From Eledone cirrhosa (lineage: Eukaryota): a stretch of DNA of 64,000 bases. Made by a program: the position numbers and the translations under genes. Numbering within the stretch: the stretch's first letter is position 1; each line of letters begins with the position of its first letter. Shown one piece after another: positions 25,507 to 40,418 of the stretch. Below the pieces are notes generated by a model. That model made no database searches. It was not told where the DNA came from and saw only the letters and a program-made list of their open reading frames with translations. The stretch covers positions 277,512,001 through 277,576,000 of the forward strand of contig OZ024740.1 of assembly GCA_964016885.1 (NCBI GenBank). Direction: 5' to 3'.

Positions 25507-28500
25507 ATGTCAGAAATAAACGAAAGAAATTTTGAAAACAAAATACATCGAATAAGAAAAGAAATGTGGAAGACATGGAAAAAATTTATTAACATAAGAA
25601 AACAAAATTTCTGGAAAGCATACAAATGCGAAAAATATGTCGAAACACATTCGAAATGGCTCTCTCTAACGGCACCCATACTCCCTCGTAAATACCTAAT
25701 TACAGAAATTGCAGAAGAACCAGAAGAAGAAACAAATCTCCGATGGGAACTTACATTGACAAAATTCAGGACCGACATCTCCATTTCTGAATGTAAACAA
25801 TCCCGCTACAAAGCCAAATATGAAGCTATTGATGACCAAATTGAAGTTGAAATTTCAAACCTAACGACTGGTATTATAGCTGAAAAACTACGAGAACTAT
25901 GGATCAGAGATATCTCAAAAGAAGAAAACAAATCAAGAAAGGTATGGCAGCAGAAACAATTATTTCTCGACGAATATGCTGCAAATTACGGTAAAGACTC
26001 TGGAACCCTGAGAAAAAGCATTAAAAGGGGACAATCTCATCAACACAACATACGCCAGAACACGTGCCAACACAAACACTCACCTTACCTTGAATCAAAG
26101 AAGAACTACGGTAATAACTCTTTGCTTTTTCTACAAAAATACCCTATCGCACACAACATGAACAAAAAGCACAAACTCGATAGATATTCCTTTGACCAGA
26201 CCATGAGAAGTAGTAAAACCAGGAGATCATTCTCAAGATCTCAACAGAGACTAGCAACAAGGAATGTGGAAACAAAACGTAAAATAACCAGATCACTCTC
26301 AAGATCTCAACAGAGATTACCCACAAGAAACTGGGCGAAAAAACGATCTAAACATGAAAGCAAACCTAGGTCATTTCCCCAGATTGTTAAAAATAATGCT
26401 AACAGGAAAAATAATATACAGAATACCAAAAATAGGACAAAATACATAACGAAACCAAATATAATATCACGACCAAATGTTCATCAAGCGAACACCAACA
26501 GGAATATAAATCTGAACAGAGAAAAATCCATTTTTTAACGTCAGGACAACAAAAACCGGAAAAAGAAAAACTCCAGGAGGAAACATACCCAAAACAACTG
26601 TACACGTAGATCCTAAAATAATTAATTTATCTAAAAGAGATCTTGACAATGATGAAATGCAAATTCTGTCAAAAGGACTGAAATTCACACCGACTCCAAC
26701 AGTCAACCACCAAGAACTGAAGGAGGATACCCAAGAATTCTGTCTAAAATTACGTCTTGTAGAATTCTTCGCTGATAAAAGAAATGAGAGTGATGAATCA
26801 CTAGTAAAGAATAAATCAAATTTCACTCCGCCAAAAGGAAGAAATATCTATCTCGACCAATACATTGACATCCTGTCTAAATTTCCTCTTAGACCTACTA
26901 ATGTTAGGCCAAACATTAACAAATCAGAAATGTCTGCACTTAAACGTATACAAAATGATAAAACAATAGTAATTAAACAAGCAGATAAAGGGGGTGCAGT
27001 TGTTATAATGGATACTGAATACTACAAGGATTTAGTTGAGGAACAACTGAAAGACACAACATTTTATCACGAAATACCGTCAAATATAGACCACAACATC
27101 ATGAAGAAGATCAACAACCTGGCTTCAAAATACCACAACTCACTTACTGATAAGGAAAGAGACTACATCACCAATTTTGAGCCGAAACCCAGCAACCTGT
27201 ATGGCCTACCGAAAGTTCATAAGTCAAAAGAAATACAACTGGCAGTAAGAGAACAAAACAGTGAGTACATTAAATTACTACACCCAAAAGACTTAAAACT
27301 TAGACCTATTATAGCTGGTCCAACATGCCCCACCCACCGTCTAAGCAATTTTGTTGACATTATTTTGAAACCACTATGTATTCACATACCCAGTTTCATC
27401 CGGGATGATATCGACTTCCTGTCCCATCTTCCCAAAACCACGGAAACGAATTCACTTCTACTCAGTTTTGATGTGGTAAGCCTTTACACCAACATTACAC
27501 ATGATTTAGGAATAAAGGCGGTTAAATACTGGGTGTAAAAACATAGAGAAGTGATTCCCATCAGATTCACAGCGCCATTTATATTAGACGCAGTTAAACT
27601 TATTCTGGAAAACAACACTTTCTTCTTCAATGGAAAGAATTACGTCCAAATCAGAGGCACAGCGATGGGAACGAAGTTTGCTCCCGTTTACGCGAACTCT
27701 GTAATGGGATACTTAGAACAACAACTCTACCAAGAAATAGAGGAAAAATATAGTACTGACTTTAGAAAGTACATTGAAAAATCTTGGAAGAGATAGCTTG
27801 ACGACTGTTTCATCATCTGGACAGAATCTCTAGATACTCTGGATGAGTTCAATATCCTCCTGAATAACCTACACCCATCTCTCCAATTCACAAAAGAGAT
27901 GAGTAGGACCAAATTACCATTCCTAGATATAATGATAATCAAAAACGACACCACCATTACCACGGATATATATTATAAACACACAGACACCCATCAATAT
28001 CTGAATTTTAAGTCGTGCCATCCACCTCATACAGAACGCAACATCCCATACTGCCTAGCCAGAAGAATTTGTACCATTGTAGAAGATACAAATACCAGGT
28101 ACAAACGCCTAACAGAACTAAGAGAATTTTTGCTCAAACAAAAATACCCATCTCTACTTATAGAAAATGGTATACAGCGGGCTATAAAAATACCTATACA
28201 ACAACTTAGGAGAACTCAAGGAAGAAGAAACCAAGAACTGGTCATACCATTTATAATGACACACAACCCATGTCACCAGAATATCTTCAACACTGCCAAA
28301 GCAAACCTACCGATCATTGCTCAAAGTAATGAATTAAAAGGCTTAATCACAGATCGATCTTTGACTCTTAGTAAAAGATGGCCAAAAAATTTGAAGCAAT
28401 TACTAACAAAAGCAAAGTTTGACCTTAACAACAAAGACCAATCATTCACTGTATCTAAATGCAATGATAGTCGATGCGGCACATGTCAATCCATACACGC

Positions 28501-28840
28501 CGGTCAATATATGAAAACAAAAACTGGAAAAATATTCCCAAATGCAAATATGAACTGCAAAAGCAGAAACCTAATTTACTTCATTAAATGCCCGAATCGT
28601 GAAGAACTATATGTCTATCAAACTGGAAATGCACTATCGGAACCTGCACGGGTACGACGTCAACAAATCAGAGACCCAAATGTCCGTCAGATACCCCTAA
28701 GTAACCATCTAGCAACATGTAGTCAGGGAATATTTATAATATTCCCATTCTACAAATTACACAGCCCAAGTGAAATCAAGAGAAAAATCAAAGAAAAGAA
28801 TTTTATTGATAAAATCAAACCCAAGATAAATGAACAATAA
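25507..28840 (+). pseudogene. PLE polyprotein: N-terminal region, RT, Cys linker, GIY-YIG; one frameshift and two stops
   Basis: [88 protein letters not shown]. Confidence 0.93.
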
Positions 28841-29231
28841 TAACGCTTAGGGGGATTACTTCTACTATGACTATGACTACGACCACTAACAACAACAACA
28901 ACAACAACAATAACAATAATAATAATAATGAAAGTGATGTTGATGGTTATGATTAATAGAAAATGCTATTTTCATCATTTCTAAAAATAGCAAAACAATT
29001 GATGCTTTGGATATGATTAATTATTGGTCATTAGACATGCTCAACCAGCCGTGACGCTTAAACCAATCAGCTTTAGTAATTCAGTGAAACTACACACTGA
29101 TTGGTCGAAATACAGTTTGCAAGATTTAGCATTCTGGAGCCACTTTTCCCTGTATAAAATGTATAAAAGGTAGAAAATTTACCCATCTTATTACAGTTGA
29201 AAATTGCAAACTTGACTGTCACCACATATTA

Positions 29232-29270
29232 TGAACCTGAAGATTGCGAAAGCATGAAAGTACTTGTTCA
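29232..29270 (+). ncRNA. minimal type I hammerhead (family D)
   Basis: TGAAC-CTGAAGA-T TGC GAAA GCA T-GAAA-GTAC-TT-GTTCA. Confidence 0.87.
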
Positions 29271-29420
29271 ATTAACAATTAGAATTTAATATTCTATCAT
29301 ACTATTTCATTATAATACCATTATAAATTTTAAAGGATTGTAAATAAAACGAGTAAATCAGACAAAGTTGGAATTCCTCTTATTAATATAATCTTCTATA
29401 TACAATCATACACACGCGTG

Positions 29421-29480
<60 letters not shown>

Positions 29481-29499
29481 TACTCACACACATACATAT

Positions 29500-29628
<129 letters not shown>

Positions 29629-29823
29629 CACATATACAGACATATACACACACACATACACACATATATACACATATGCATATATATACATACATATATA
29701 CATATATATACACATATATATACATATATATATATGTATATACACATACATATATATACACATATATATACATACTTATACACATATATATATACATATA
29801 TACATATACATACACACATATAC

Positions 29824-29888
<65 letters not shown>

Positions 29889-29895
<7 letters not shown>

Positions 29896-30930
29896 GTGAG
29901 GTTTTTTTACAAAATGAAAAATAACCGAGGTGTCCTACACGAGTGAAAGTATAAAGAAAAAGAGATGAAATCGAAAATGCAACTGGAGTCTTATTTTTTT
30001 TTAAAATATATATATTTATTTGGTTCCTTTACCGGTTTCGCAGTTCTTCTGCTTTTCAAAAGGTGAGTTGAGATGGAGGGTCTGTGGTTTTTTTCACATC
30101 TGGTTGGTCTCTGAATGTTACTTGTTTTATATGGAAAAAGTGGCTTGAAATGCCAGGTTTTTAGAGAAGTAATTTGATTGGTTTGTCAATAATTCTAATA
30201 AATTTCGTGCCAGTTCGCGTTACAATAGTTCTTCAAATAAGAGGGGGTTGTCACAGGTTGTTTTTTCATATGAGTGTTTGAATTTCTTTTTACTTGAAAA
30301 AAGGAGGCTCACGAAGGCTTTTTTTCGGTTGGTTATAAATGAAATTATGGCTGTCACGTGAACAAATTTTCATTAAATTATTGTGCCCTTATTTGGAAAT
30401 CCATTCTGTAGCCTTTTTAGAGAATTTTTTGATAAGTGAAAGATAATGGTCAAGAGAAAGGGATGGGAGAATTGTTCTGGTTCAGTGAATATGGTTAGTT
30501 CGCTGGGGTGTCAGAATTTAGATTTTCTATTGAATAAAGAAAGTAAAGATATGTGTGTTTATTTGTGTGCTTGTGTGTGTGTGTGCGTGCGCGCGCGCGT
30601 GTGTGTGTGTGTGTGTGTGTGTCTGTGTGTCTGTGTGTGTGTGTGTGTGTTTGAATTTCTTTACTTTAAAAAAAGGTGGCTCACGAAGGCTTTTTTTTAA
30701 TAAACGTGATTTGATTGGTTATAAATGAAATTTGGCTGTCACGTGAACAAGTTTTCATTACATTTTTGCGCCCTTATTTGGAAAACTATTCTGTAGTCTT
30801 TATAGCGAATGTTATGACAATGGAAAGATAGTGGTCAAGAGAAATGGGATTGGGCAGAAGAACTGCGAAACCGGTAAAGGAACCAACAAAAAATAAGACT
30901 CCAGTTACATTTTCGATTTCATCTCTTTTT

Positions 30931-30935
<5 letters not shown>
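29889..30935 (-). mobile_element. PLE family F two-arm insertion, UTR only
   Basis: Tailed reverse arm to about 30853, tailless forward arm 30854-30935 starting in hammerhead stem II; U3-A8 hammerhead 30026-30063 (-). Confidence 0.85.
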
Positions 30936-31005
<70 letters not shown>

Positions 31006-31266
31006 TATACATATATACACATATATACATATATACACACAGACAGATATATATATATATACATATATACAATAGTACATCATATTCGAAGTTCGATCAG
31101 CAGCTAAGCCAACGAATGCCTTCAGCAGTGCAGCCAAGCACTCAACAATGTATAGACCTCAGATTAATAACCTAGAGTTTAAAGGGCTTTGCAAATTGAA
31201 AATAGCGACCGCTAATACATCTGCGTGATCTGTAGCAACGAAAGAACTGACTAGTGAGAAAAGGAA

Positions 31267-31307
<41 letters not shown>

Positions 31308-31351
31308 CATATAAAAATATACATACATACATATATGCACATAATATCTGT

Positions 31352-31415
<64 letters not shown>

Positions 31416-31416
31416 T

Positions 31417-32026
31417 CATTAGCTAAGAAAAACAAGACCACAAACTTCACAAGGAAGACATTATTAAAAGATTGTCAACATATTTTAGTTTGATGTAAGG
31501 AATGTAGAGAATAATAATAATAATAATAATATTAATAATAATAATGTCCGTTTACAATTGTTTCGCTACTCCATATAATATTTCTGGATCAGATGACTAT
31601 ATATCATAATTGAACTGGTTCAGTTGAAAATAATTAACATATTTAAAAAAACAGAGTGACTCATCGGAACTCAAAGGAATATAAATTAAAATAATGTTAC
31701 ATAATATAATGTTCCATATATTGGTTTTTACTATGGTGTCTTGGTTGCATCAGCTGTCAGCCATAATCAAGCAGTATTCATCTGTCGAGGCTGCAATGTG
31801 TGAGATCTGCCTATGGGTAACAAGATTTGTTACCCATAGTTTGTGGTCTTGTTTTGCTTAGCTAATGAATCTTTCCAGCTCTGCGCACCTAACTTCTGCC
31901 TGAACCCAGCCACCTAGCTGCTTTCTACTGCATATTGCACATTGAGCACATGCCTTTACGCTTTCCTCTCATATCTCCTCTACTATCTCCATCTCTCTCT
32001 CTTTAAGATTGGTTACTCTTTAACTG

Positions 32027-32027
<1 letters not shown>
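31417..32027. mobile_element. probable two-arm PLE-type insertion of another family
   Basis: 31418-31448 inverted at 31838-31868; tail-hairpin-like GCTT...TTGAGCAC 31920-31949; (TA)n flanks; no ORF seen. Confidence 0.45.
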
Positions 32028-32057
<30 letters not shown>

Positions 32058-32223
32058 GTGAGGTTTTTTTTACAAAATGAAAAATAACCGAGGTGTCCTA
32101 CACGAGTGGAAGTATAAAGAAAAAGGGATGAAATCGAAAATGCAACTGAAGTCTTATTTTTTTTAAAAATATATATATTTATTTGGTTCCTTTACCGGTT
32201 TCGCAGTTCTTCTGCTTTTCAAA

Positions 32224-32712
32224 ATAATCAAAAGCAAAAGACAACCAAAATCACTGAAAACATTACTCACCAATGCCAAATTACCTACCACAAACCCACA
32301 ACCAAGTATCAAAAAATGTGGTCGCTCTAATTGTGGAACCTGCACTCACCTCATTGAAGGCAACACGTATACATTTAAATCAGGACAAAATTTTACTGTA
32401 AAAAATCACTTCACTTGCTCATCAAAAAATCTACTTTATGCCATTAAATGTAAAGGATGCAATGAAGATTATATAGGACAAACTAAACTCACACTCAGAA
32501 ACAGAATGACAGTTCATCACCAACAATTACGAGATCCAACCACGAGACAGATACCACTAAGTGCACATCTAGACATTTGCGCAAGTAATAAGACACCCAA
32601 ATTCCAAGTCTTCCCATTTTATCTTTGCGCTAACAATACAACAGAACAAATGCGAATAAATAAGGAAAATATGTTTATTCAAAAATATAGACCAACATTA
32701 AATAAGGTTTAA
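32224..32712 (+). pseudogene. PLE Cys linker + GIY-YIG
   Basis: KRQPKSLKTLLT, CGRSNCGTC, FTCSSKNLLYAIKCKGCNEDYIGQT, QIPLSAHLDIC. Confidence 0.9.
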
Positions 32713-33757
32713 TATACATTATGTCAACACCACAATATGACATACACACACACACACACACATAACACCTTCTACTTTAGAAAATAAAAACCCGAACTAA
32801 ATAAACCTTAAACATACGTTTGCACTGGCAATACAACAGCAAACACGAAAAAGTCAGGAAAATATGTTCATTCAAAAATATTCCTACTAAAGGAATCATT
32901 TTCCTACACACACACATACACACACACAATATATATATATATATATATATTCTCTTCATCTTAACATGCTAACCATACTCCCACACACATAACACCCATA
33001 CACACACATAACAACCCCCACACCTACAACACCCTCCCCATTTCTACTAATAGAACCACTTTCCTACACACATATATATATACACACACACAAAAAATAT
33101 ATATTCTCTCTATCTAACATACTCGCACACACACACATAACACCCATATACACATACAACTCCCTCCCCCATCTCTACTAATAGAATCATCTTCCAATAC
33201 ACACATACACACACACACACACACACACATATATACACACACACAAGCACACAAATAAACACATATCTTCAGTCTCAATAGAAAATCTGAACTCTGACAC
33301 CTGAACTCTGACAGCTGGCCATATTCACTGAACCAGAACATTTCTCCCAATCCCTTTTCCCTTGACCACTATCTCTCCATTGTCATAACATTCACTATAA
33401 AGACTACAGAATAGTTTTCCAAATAAGGGCGCAAAAATGTAATGAAAACTTGTTCACGTGACAGCCAAATTTCATTTATAACCAACCAAAAAAAAGCCTT
33501 CGTGAGCCTCATTTTTTCAAGTAAAAAGAAATTCAAACACTCATATATGAAAAAAACAACCTGTGACAACCCCCCCCTCTCTTATTTGAAGAACTATTGT
33601 AACGCGAACTGGCGCAAAATTTATTATAATTATTGACAAACCAATCAAATTACTTCTCGAAAAACCTGGTTTTCGAGCCACTTTTTCCATATAAAACAAG
33701 TAACATTTAGAGACCAACCAGATATGAGAAAAACCACAGACCCTCCATCTCAACTCA

Positions 33758-33795
33758 CCTTTTGAAAAGCTGAAGAACTGCGAAACCGGTAAAGG
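33758..33795 (+). ncRNA. minimal hammerhead with U3-A8 core (family F)
   Basis: CCTT-TTGAAAA-GC(T/A)G AAGAA CTGC-GAAA-CCGG-TA-AAGG. Confidence 0.75.
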
Positions 33796-33864
33796 AACCA
33801 AATAAATATATATATTTTAAAAAAAAATAAGACTTCAGTTGCATTTTCGATTTCATCCCTTTTT

Positions 33865-33919
<55 letters not shown>

Positions 33920-34452
33920 CATATATATATACACACATACATATATATACTCATATATATACACATATATATACATACATATACACATATATATACATAT
34001 ATACATATACGTCACAATTCTTAGCCATTTTGAATTCGTTTCTGACGGGGATCACTTAAGAAAATAATCTGTCTAAACGAGTTTGTTTCCTGATCAGTTC
34101 GAAGCTCGAGAGTTTATCCTTAATAGGATATTTCCAAATGCGAACGAAACCCGAGGGTAGAAGCATGATCCTGGTATGTGTATATTTTATACCTAATTGT
34201 GTATGGTTGACTGTATATTTAATCGATTTCCACGTGATGTTGAAATGTTGGGTAAATATTATATGGCGGTTGGCCGCGAAGAGATTGCTGTCATTTATGT
34301 ATCTACTATTTCTTCATAGGTGCCTTTTAATCTTATAGCCTGGTCTAATTGATTTTTTGTGTGGTTAATTATGCTAATCGGGAGAGGAAATGGTGTATAT
34401 ATATTATCGAATGATTCTATGGACATACTTTATAGTATATATATATATATAT

Positions 34453-34679
34453 GTAGATCCCGGGTTAAATCGGGGATAACCACAGAAAGTAAGGTACTCA
34501 ATACATATCAGAGTAAAAGTAATTTAATATAGAATCCCACCATGACCTCTACCCCCCCCCCCCCCAACCACTACACTTCGCTTACCATGACAAAATGTAA
34601 AAATACCAGAAATTTACATTGACAGTCGACTTTCTGATGATTTCCTCAGAATGAAACAGTTCTAGTCCGTTAGAAGCCA

Positions 34680-34683
<4 letters not shown>
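34453..34683. mobile_element. family C mini two-arm insertion
   Basis: Reverse tail 34453-34535; forward arm with hammerhead 34628-34676. Confidence 0.75.
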
Positions 34684-34754
<71 letters not shown>

Positions 34755-34756
<2 letters not shown>

Positions 34757-35357
34757 GATGACAAATCGTGCACTTATGGGTTCTACAACCCTCGCCAAAA
34801 AAATATGGGACTGAAGGACAACAACACTAGCTACAGTATCAACTGGTCGAAGTTGTCGGCTGCTAAAACCTACAGTACAGGTATGTCCCACTGTGGGCTA
34901 TGTGATCTAGAACTACTGTATATCCTTAAAAATGTAAAAAGGCTACTTAACAACAAGTTAGAAAGATCTATCTTCTGCAGACATAGAATTGCCACTAAAT
35001 TCATAAGATTTAAACCTCCATAAATCGAACCGACGTAACATAGCTTCCAACCAGGATACCCACTACTCTGCACAAATCACAACAGAAATATATTCATTAA
35101 GTACATTCTAGCCTTCTTAGTTCTATACCACACAAATGTCTGTAAGTACCTTATCAACCCATAAACTTATCTCTCCTCGGCTGCTGTCATCGCTTGATCC
35201 TAAATCCAAGAACATTTCAAAATACTACTACAATGGAACTTTACCTTCCTCTTGCTATAATTATAGTCAGCATGTTTTCTCTTTGTATGTATGTATGTAT
35301 TTGTATGAGTGTGTGTGGATATGTATGTATATGTTTGTGTGCATGTGTGTGTGTATA

Positions 35358-35414
<57 letters not shown>

Positions 35415-36210
35415 CCTCCTTAACCTCTGTATTAACTTGCCCATTACTTACCTTTGTTAGCGTTGTCCTATACATGTATGTTATTGAGGATGGAAAAGAT
35501 ATACAGATCTCTCATCTAATATAGACCACACAAATTCTACTACAGTGATAAATACTTCATCGGTCAGATAAAAACTGATTATTGCGGCCACCTGACCTAC
35601 ATTGTTTAAAAACACCGGCTTATCTTTACACTTGATATAATACACCCTACGACAGTCTTTACATGTCAATTTTATACATCTGCTTCAAGTCAGCTAGTTT
35701 TACACACTAAAATCATAGATATACTATACTCCCTAACTAAATTGATGTTGTGATTATTTCAGATATTTTATTGCTAGCATTGTTGATATTGTTGTTTTTT
35801 GTTCTAACTGAATGATATTACTACCACATATAGTAGCCTGTATTTTCCTTTCATGCCTGTATATTCTCTTCATTCTCGCAAGCTCCGATGAACTGACTGG
35901 TTATAATTTTGTATTGGCGATCGAGTGACACGAAAATAAGCGGATAGCGATCTCTAGACCAGTTCAGAGTAAAAATTGTCAGCAATGAGATTAAAAACCT
36001 TTTTTGTATAGCAAACCGTGTCACTCTTCTTTCCCGATTTATTATTACTCCAAGTGTTTACAACATAGGATTAACAGCTTACTCGCAGCATCACTATGAA
36101 AACGCCTTGTTGAGTCAAGCTTAGTCAAGCGTTGATATCATCCACCACCTGGAGTACCATAACTGGACTACACCTAAGTGGACTGCATATAACTATTATT
36201 TGCTACCCCG
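34755..36210 (+). mobile_element. Hydra-type PLE 3' fragment
   Basis: LKDNNTSYSINW...CGLCDLE...FCRH (to 35023); degenerate hammerhead about 35874-35990; extended tail hairpin 36047-36115. Confidence 0.75.
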
Positions 36211-36216
36211 TATATA

Positions 36217-36282
<66 letters not shown>

Positions 36283-37754
36283 GTTGTATCTTTACTGTTA
36301 TATATATATATATATATAGTACAATATAATATATATGTAGATAAAGAGTGTGCGCGTGTCAGTGAGAAAGAGAAAAAAGTTTTGCATGGTCTGTAAAATT
36401 CAGCGGAACTCTCCCTCCACTGTTGACTAAATTATATATATGCTGATTACACATATTTATGAATTTGATATAAGTACACGTGTAAGTGTAAGTATATGTG
36501 TAAGTTTGTGTGTCTACAAGTTTGCTCTAAGTGCGCGGATATCTGATATTGCTTCTTTCCCTCGCCCTTTTATTGTGTATTGATGTATGTATGTGTGTGA
36601 ACTATTAAATAAAACCCGTTTTCATATCTGGTACATTCAAACGAAACCAATTATAGATAGTATTTTTTATTTCAATTTCATAATGAAACATACATTTTAA
36701 CCAGCCAATAGGAAACCATAGATAACACCCCCCACCTAATCTCATTCTTTTCATATGTTGTTCTTGATGAAACCTTATTTTTTTATTTTCATTCAAATTG
36801 ATTTTTACCCATTAAGTTTAATTTAATTAATAAGACACTCATTATTCTCATGAATGAAATTTCGGATCCATCTTTATTATATATTTCTTTAGACAACTTT
36901 ATTATTGACTCATCTTATCGTTTAGGTTGCAAAATTCTTGTTAGTTATTCCAGTTGGGAGTTGATATTTTATTGGAAAACTATGAACAATAATGAAAATG
37001 GAACTTTGTCAGGTTAATATATTTACAAACCATAGTGAAAATGAACAATGTTCTATGACTAAACGTAGAAATTAAATGAAAATAATAAAAGATAAGGGAA
37101 AGACGTACCAAAAATGTAAATCAATAAAGTTATTGTGCCAATTTCTAACACACACACACACGTACACACATATATATCTATCTAACACTCTCTCGCCATC
37201 TCTCTCTCCTTGTCTCCCTATCTCTCTCTATATATATATATGACTAACAAAGCGACCTAACGAAGAAAATGGCTCATTTTATTCTCTAGATAATAGATTA
37301 CTGCTGGATCAAGGAAATTCGGTAGCATAGAGCTTCTCTAATCTTTACCATGATCTATATTGGTAAACCCCAATATAACCATATAACACACAGACATATG
37401 TCTATATATATATATATATATTAAAATAACAGATTAATGTTTAAGCAAAGAATCGCTGCTTTCACACTTAACGGGATCTTCTGAAACTAACAAAGTCAAT
37501 CTGTGAACGCAGAAGTGAATATTTCAAAAACGTTGCAACCGGAGGAAGACAGGAAGACGATACTTTGGTTCGTGGAAACGTTCCCTATACAAATAAGTAA
37601 TGGTATAAACATAACATATACTTAGCTACCACATCAAGACGTAAAATATCCGCGTATAATTCGTACTATCTGTTCGGGTATAATGTGGGGCTGTAATACA
37701 GGATATTGCCTCAGATTTTTTGTTTAAGATGTGGTCTTTGGCGTAGAGTATTTC

Positions 37755-38512
37755 GACGTTACCCTCAATTTATCGAATGGCTTGCATTACCCGTATAGAA
37801 AGCCGGATGATAGCTTAATTACATAAGTAAGCATTCTAACCATCCTGCCAGCATAACCAAGAACCTGGTAAGAAACGTTTCTTTGAGGCTTTCCCGTCTA
37901 TCTACTAACGTGAATATTTTCAACGACCATTCCACATATTACAATGAAGCTCTTGCTCGGAGTGGATTTGTCGATAAGAAAATTTCTTACTCTACGACTC
38001 ATAACCTTGCACATAACACCACAGCTTCAAATTTAACTAAACTACCTAGCCATAGGAACACGAGCAACCCTGTAGTTAGTACTAACTGTAATTGTAGGAA
38101 TCGGGTTGACTGCCCCCCATCCGGGAAATGCCTCTCTAGTAACATTGTCTACAAATGTAAAGTTGAGACACCCACGTCCCGTAGGGCCTACATAGGGTTA
38201 ACCGCCAATATATTCAAGCAGCGTCTTTACATGCATACCCATTCTTTTCGTTACCCTTTAAGAAGGAATATGACGTCACTTTCCGCTTATATCTGGAGTC
38301 TAAAAGACAACCACACCCAATATAAGTTACACTGGGAGATCCTGGCTAGGGCTAGATCGTATAACGGAAATAAAAGATCATGTGACCTCTGCGCCGCTGA
38401 GGCCCTGGAAATACTCTACTCCAAAGACCACATCTTAAACAAAAAATCTGAGACAATTTCGGCTTGTAAACATAAATTGCACAAAACTTTCCTGTATTAC
38501 TGCCCCACATAA
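37755..38512 (+). pseudogene. PLE thumb + GIY-YIG with internal deletion
   Basis: DVTLNL, SNHP, YYNEALARSG, CNCRNRVDCP, YIGLTANIFKQRLYMH, CDLCAAE, CKH. Confidence 0.88.
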
Positions 38513-39960
38513 TACCCTAATGGGTAGTACGAACTATATGCGAATATTTTACGTCTTGATGTGTTAGCTAAGTATATGTTATGTTTATACCATTACTTAT
38601 TTGTATAGGGAACGTTTCCACGAACCAAAGTATCGACTTCCTGTCTTCCTCCGGTTGCAACGTTTTTTGAAATATTCCCTTCTGCGTTCACAGATTGACT
38701 TTGTTAGTTTCAGAAGATCCCGTTAAGGGTGAAAGCAGCGATTCTTTGCTTAAACTTTAATCTGTTATTTTAATAAATATTTGCTCTACGGTTCTTATAT
38801 GTTTGATATATATTTATCCTTATCGAGCCCTCTTTGGATTTTAGTCTTCAAATTTATTGTAATATTCTTGTAATGCTTTTAATATTGTTATTAATATTGT
38901 GTATAATGTTTCTACCTAACCTTAGGAAATGTATACCTGCTCTTTTAAAGAGTATGTTAATCTCTTGATTGTTTAAATACCCGTAGTTTTAATTTAGCAT
39001 TTTTCAAATCCTGTATTTTATAAATTTAATATCTGTAATATCTTCAGACTCTTAAACAGTTTAATTAATTTAAATGTTTGAATACGTCGTACGAAGATAT
39101 TGTTTACATGTATCATATATAAGTTTCGTTTTGTCTAAATTGATTAATAATCTGTACTTAACTTGATTTATAGTATTGAAAACAGTAAAATTTAGTTAAA
39201 TCAAAATAATAATACTCTCAAGTGTAATTATATACAATAATTAATCTTATTTATAATTGACAAATATCGATTTAAATTATATAGTTTATATAAAAGAATT
39301 ATACAAATGCTAATATCTAAATAAATTAGGGTTAATACTATCATATTTACAACATTTATAAGCACCATTGTTAGTTAATATATTTTTAATTTTGATTTTT
39401 CTAACTAAATTATTGATTATATTTATTAATTTAAATATACTCCTGATTACCCTTGAAATTATGTTATATTATCTTTTTCACTTAAAGTTGTTTTAATTTT
39501 GATATAATATAATAGTATAATTTCTTTCAAATATTATAGACTAAACATTTCACAGTATTTAATTGATTATTTCTACCAAACTTAATATTTGGAAAAAAAA
39601 CGGTCACGCATCATATACCTTTATTCTTCTTTTCCTTATGTAATTATATTAGTATCATCTCTCTATCTTTTTCTTTCTCTCCTCTATTTAACTCTCTCTC
39701 TCTCATTTGCATCTTTTCTAATACGAATGTTTACATATTTAATTATTTAAATTTTTAACAGTTATGTACTTATATGTTTACTTGTCTTTATATATACTTA
39801 TTGTATTATTTTATACACGTTTTCCTACGTACCCTCTCAATTATATGTAGTTTGTCATGTTACTACTTATGGTATATACATATTGAGTCTTGTCATAACT
39901 AATCACTGCCAAAACTGGAATTGAACCATCAGCATAGTTGAGGTATGTCAGACATCAATT

Positions 39961-40026
39961 TATTTTATCTGATGAGTACGTACTGATGAAACAGCTCAGT
40001 ACCTCTGAAATATTTATAATAAAATA
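39961..40026 (+). ncRNA. type I hammerhead
   Basis: TATTTTAT-CTGATGA-...GTACTGA/TCAGTAC...-GAAA-TATTTA-TA-ATAAAATA; perfect 8-bp stem I. Confidence 0.78.
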
Positions 40027-40248
40027 TATGTGATCACATGAATGTCTATATTTATTAATATTTTGAAGTAATATTAATAACTCCAGAAAACCTAACAGTT
40101 GAGTGCTTCTAATCAATGAACCTTGTTAAACTTTTGGTTATATATATATATACATACCCTGGGAGTGTAACATGAAGTTACTGTAGTTTAGCTAAACGCG
40201 CGTCACCAATCAATAAACATAATAAAGGCTTAACAAATCATCCACTAT

Positions 40249-40418
40249 CGGTAGAGGGTCGGACGCCATGTTTTGACGCATATAGAGTTACGGCCCTTGC
40301 CATTCTGAGTTCAAATCCCACCGAGGTTAACTTTGGGTTTCATCCTTACAGGGTCGATAAAATAAAGTACCAGTAATGCGCTGGGGTAATAGCTGACCTT
40401 GTGCCAAAAGTAGAAACA
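40249..40418 (+). mobile_element. tRNA-derived SINE
   Basis: Same family as 1257-1434. Confidence 0.87.

Larger units (their letters stand above)
23702..29430 (+). mobile_element. longest Neptune-like PLE copy (family D), with internally deleted inverted arm
   Basis: Reverse arm 23702-25358 (UTR, then copy of 26029-27163); forward arm 25374-29430 with tail. Confidence 0.93.
32051..33870 (+). mobile_element. PLE family F (Neptune-like) two-arm insertion
   Basis: Tailed reverse arm 32051-32223; forward arm with ORF end and tailless end at 33870. Confidence 0.9.
37419..40140 (+). mobile_element. Hydra-type PLE, forward arm 37755-40140 plus inverted arm 37419-37754
   Basis: Inverted arm copies about 38408-38774; ORF remnant, hammerhead and tail in the forward arm. 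Confidence 0.87.

Noticed and set aside
24777-25784. 335-aa minus-strand ORF
   Set aside because: Chimera across the inversion junction of the family D element.
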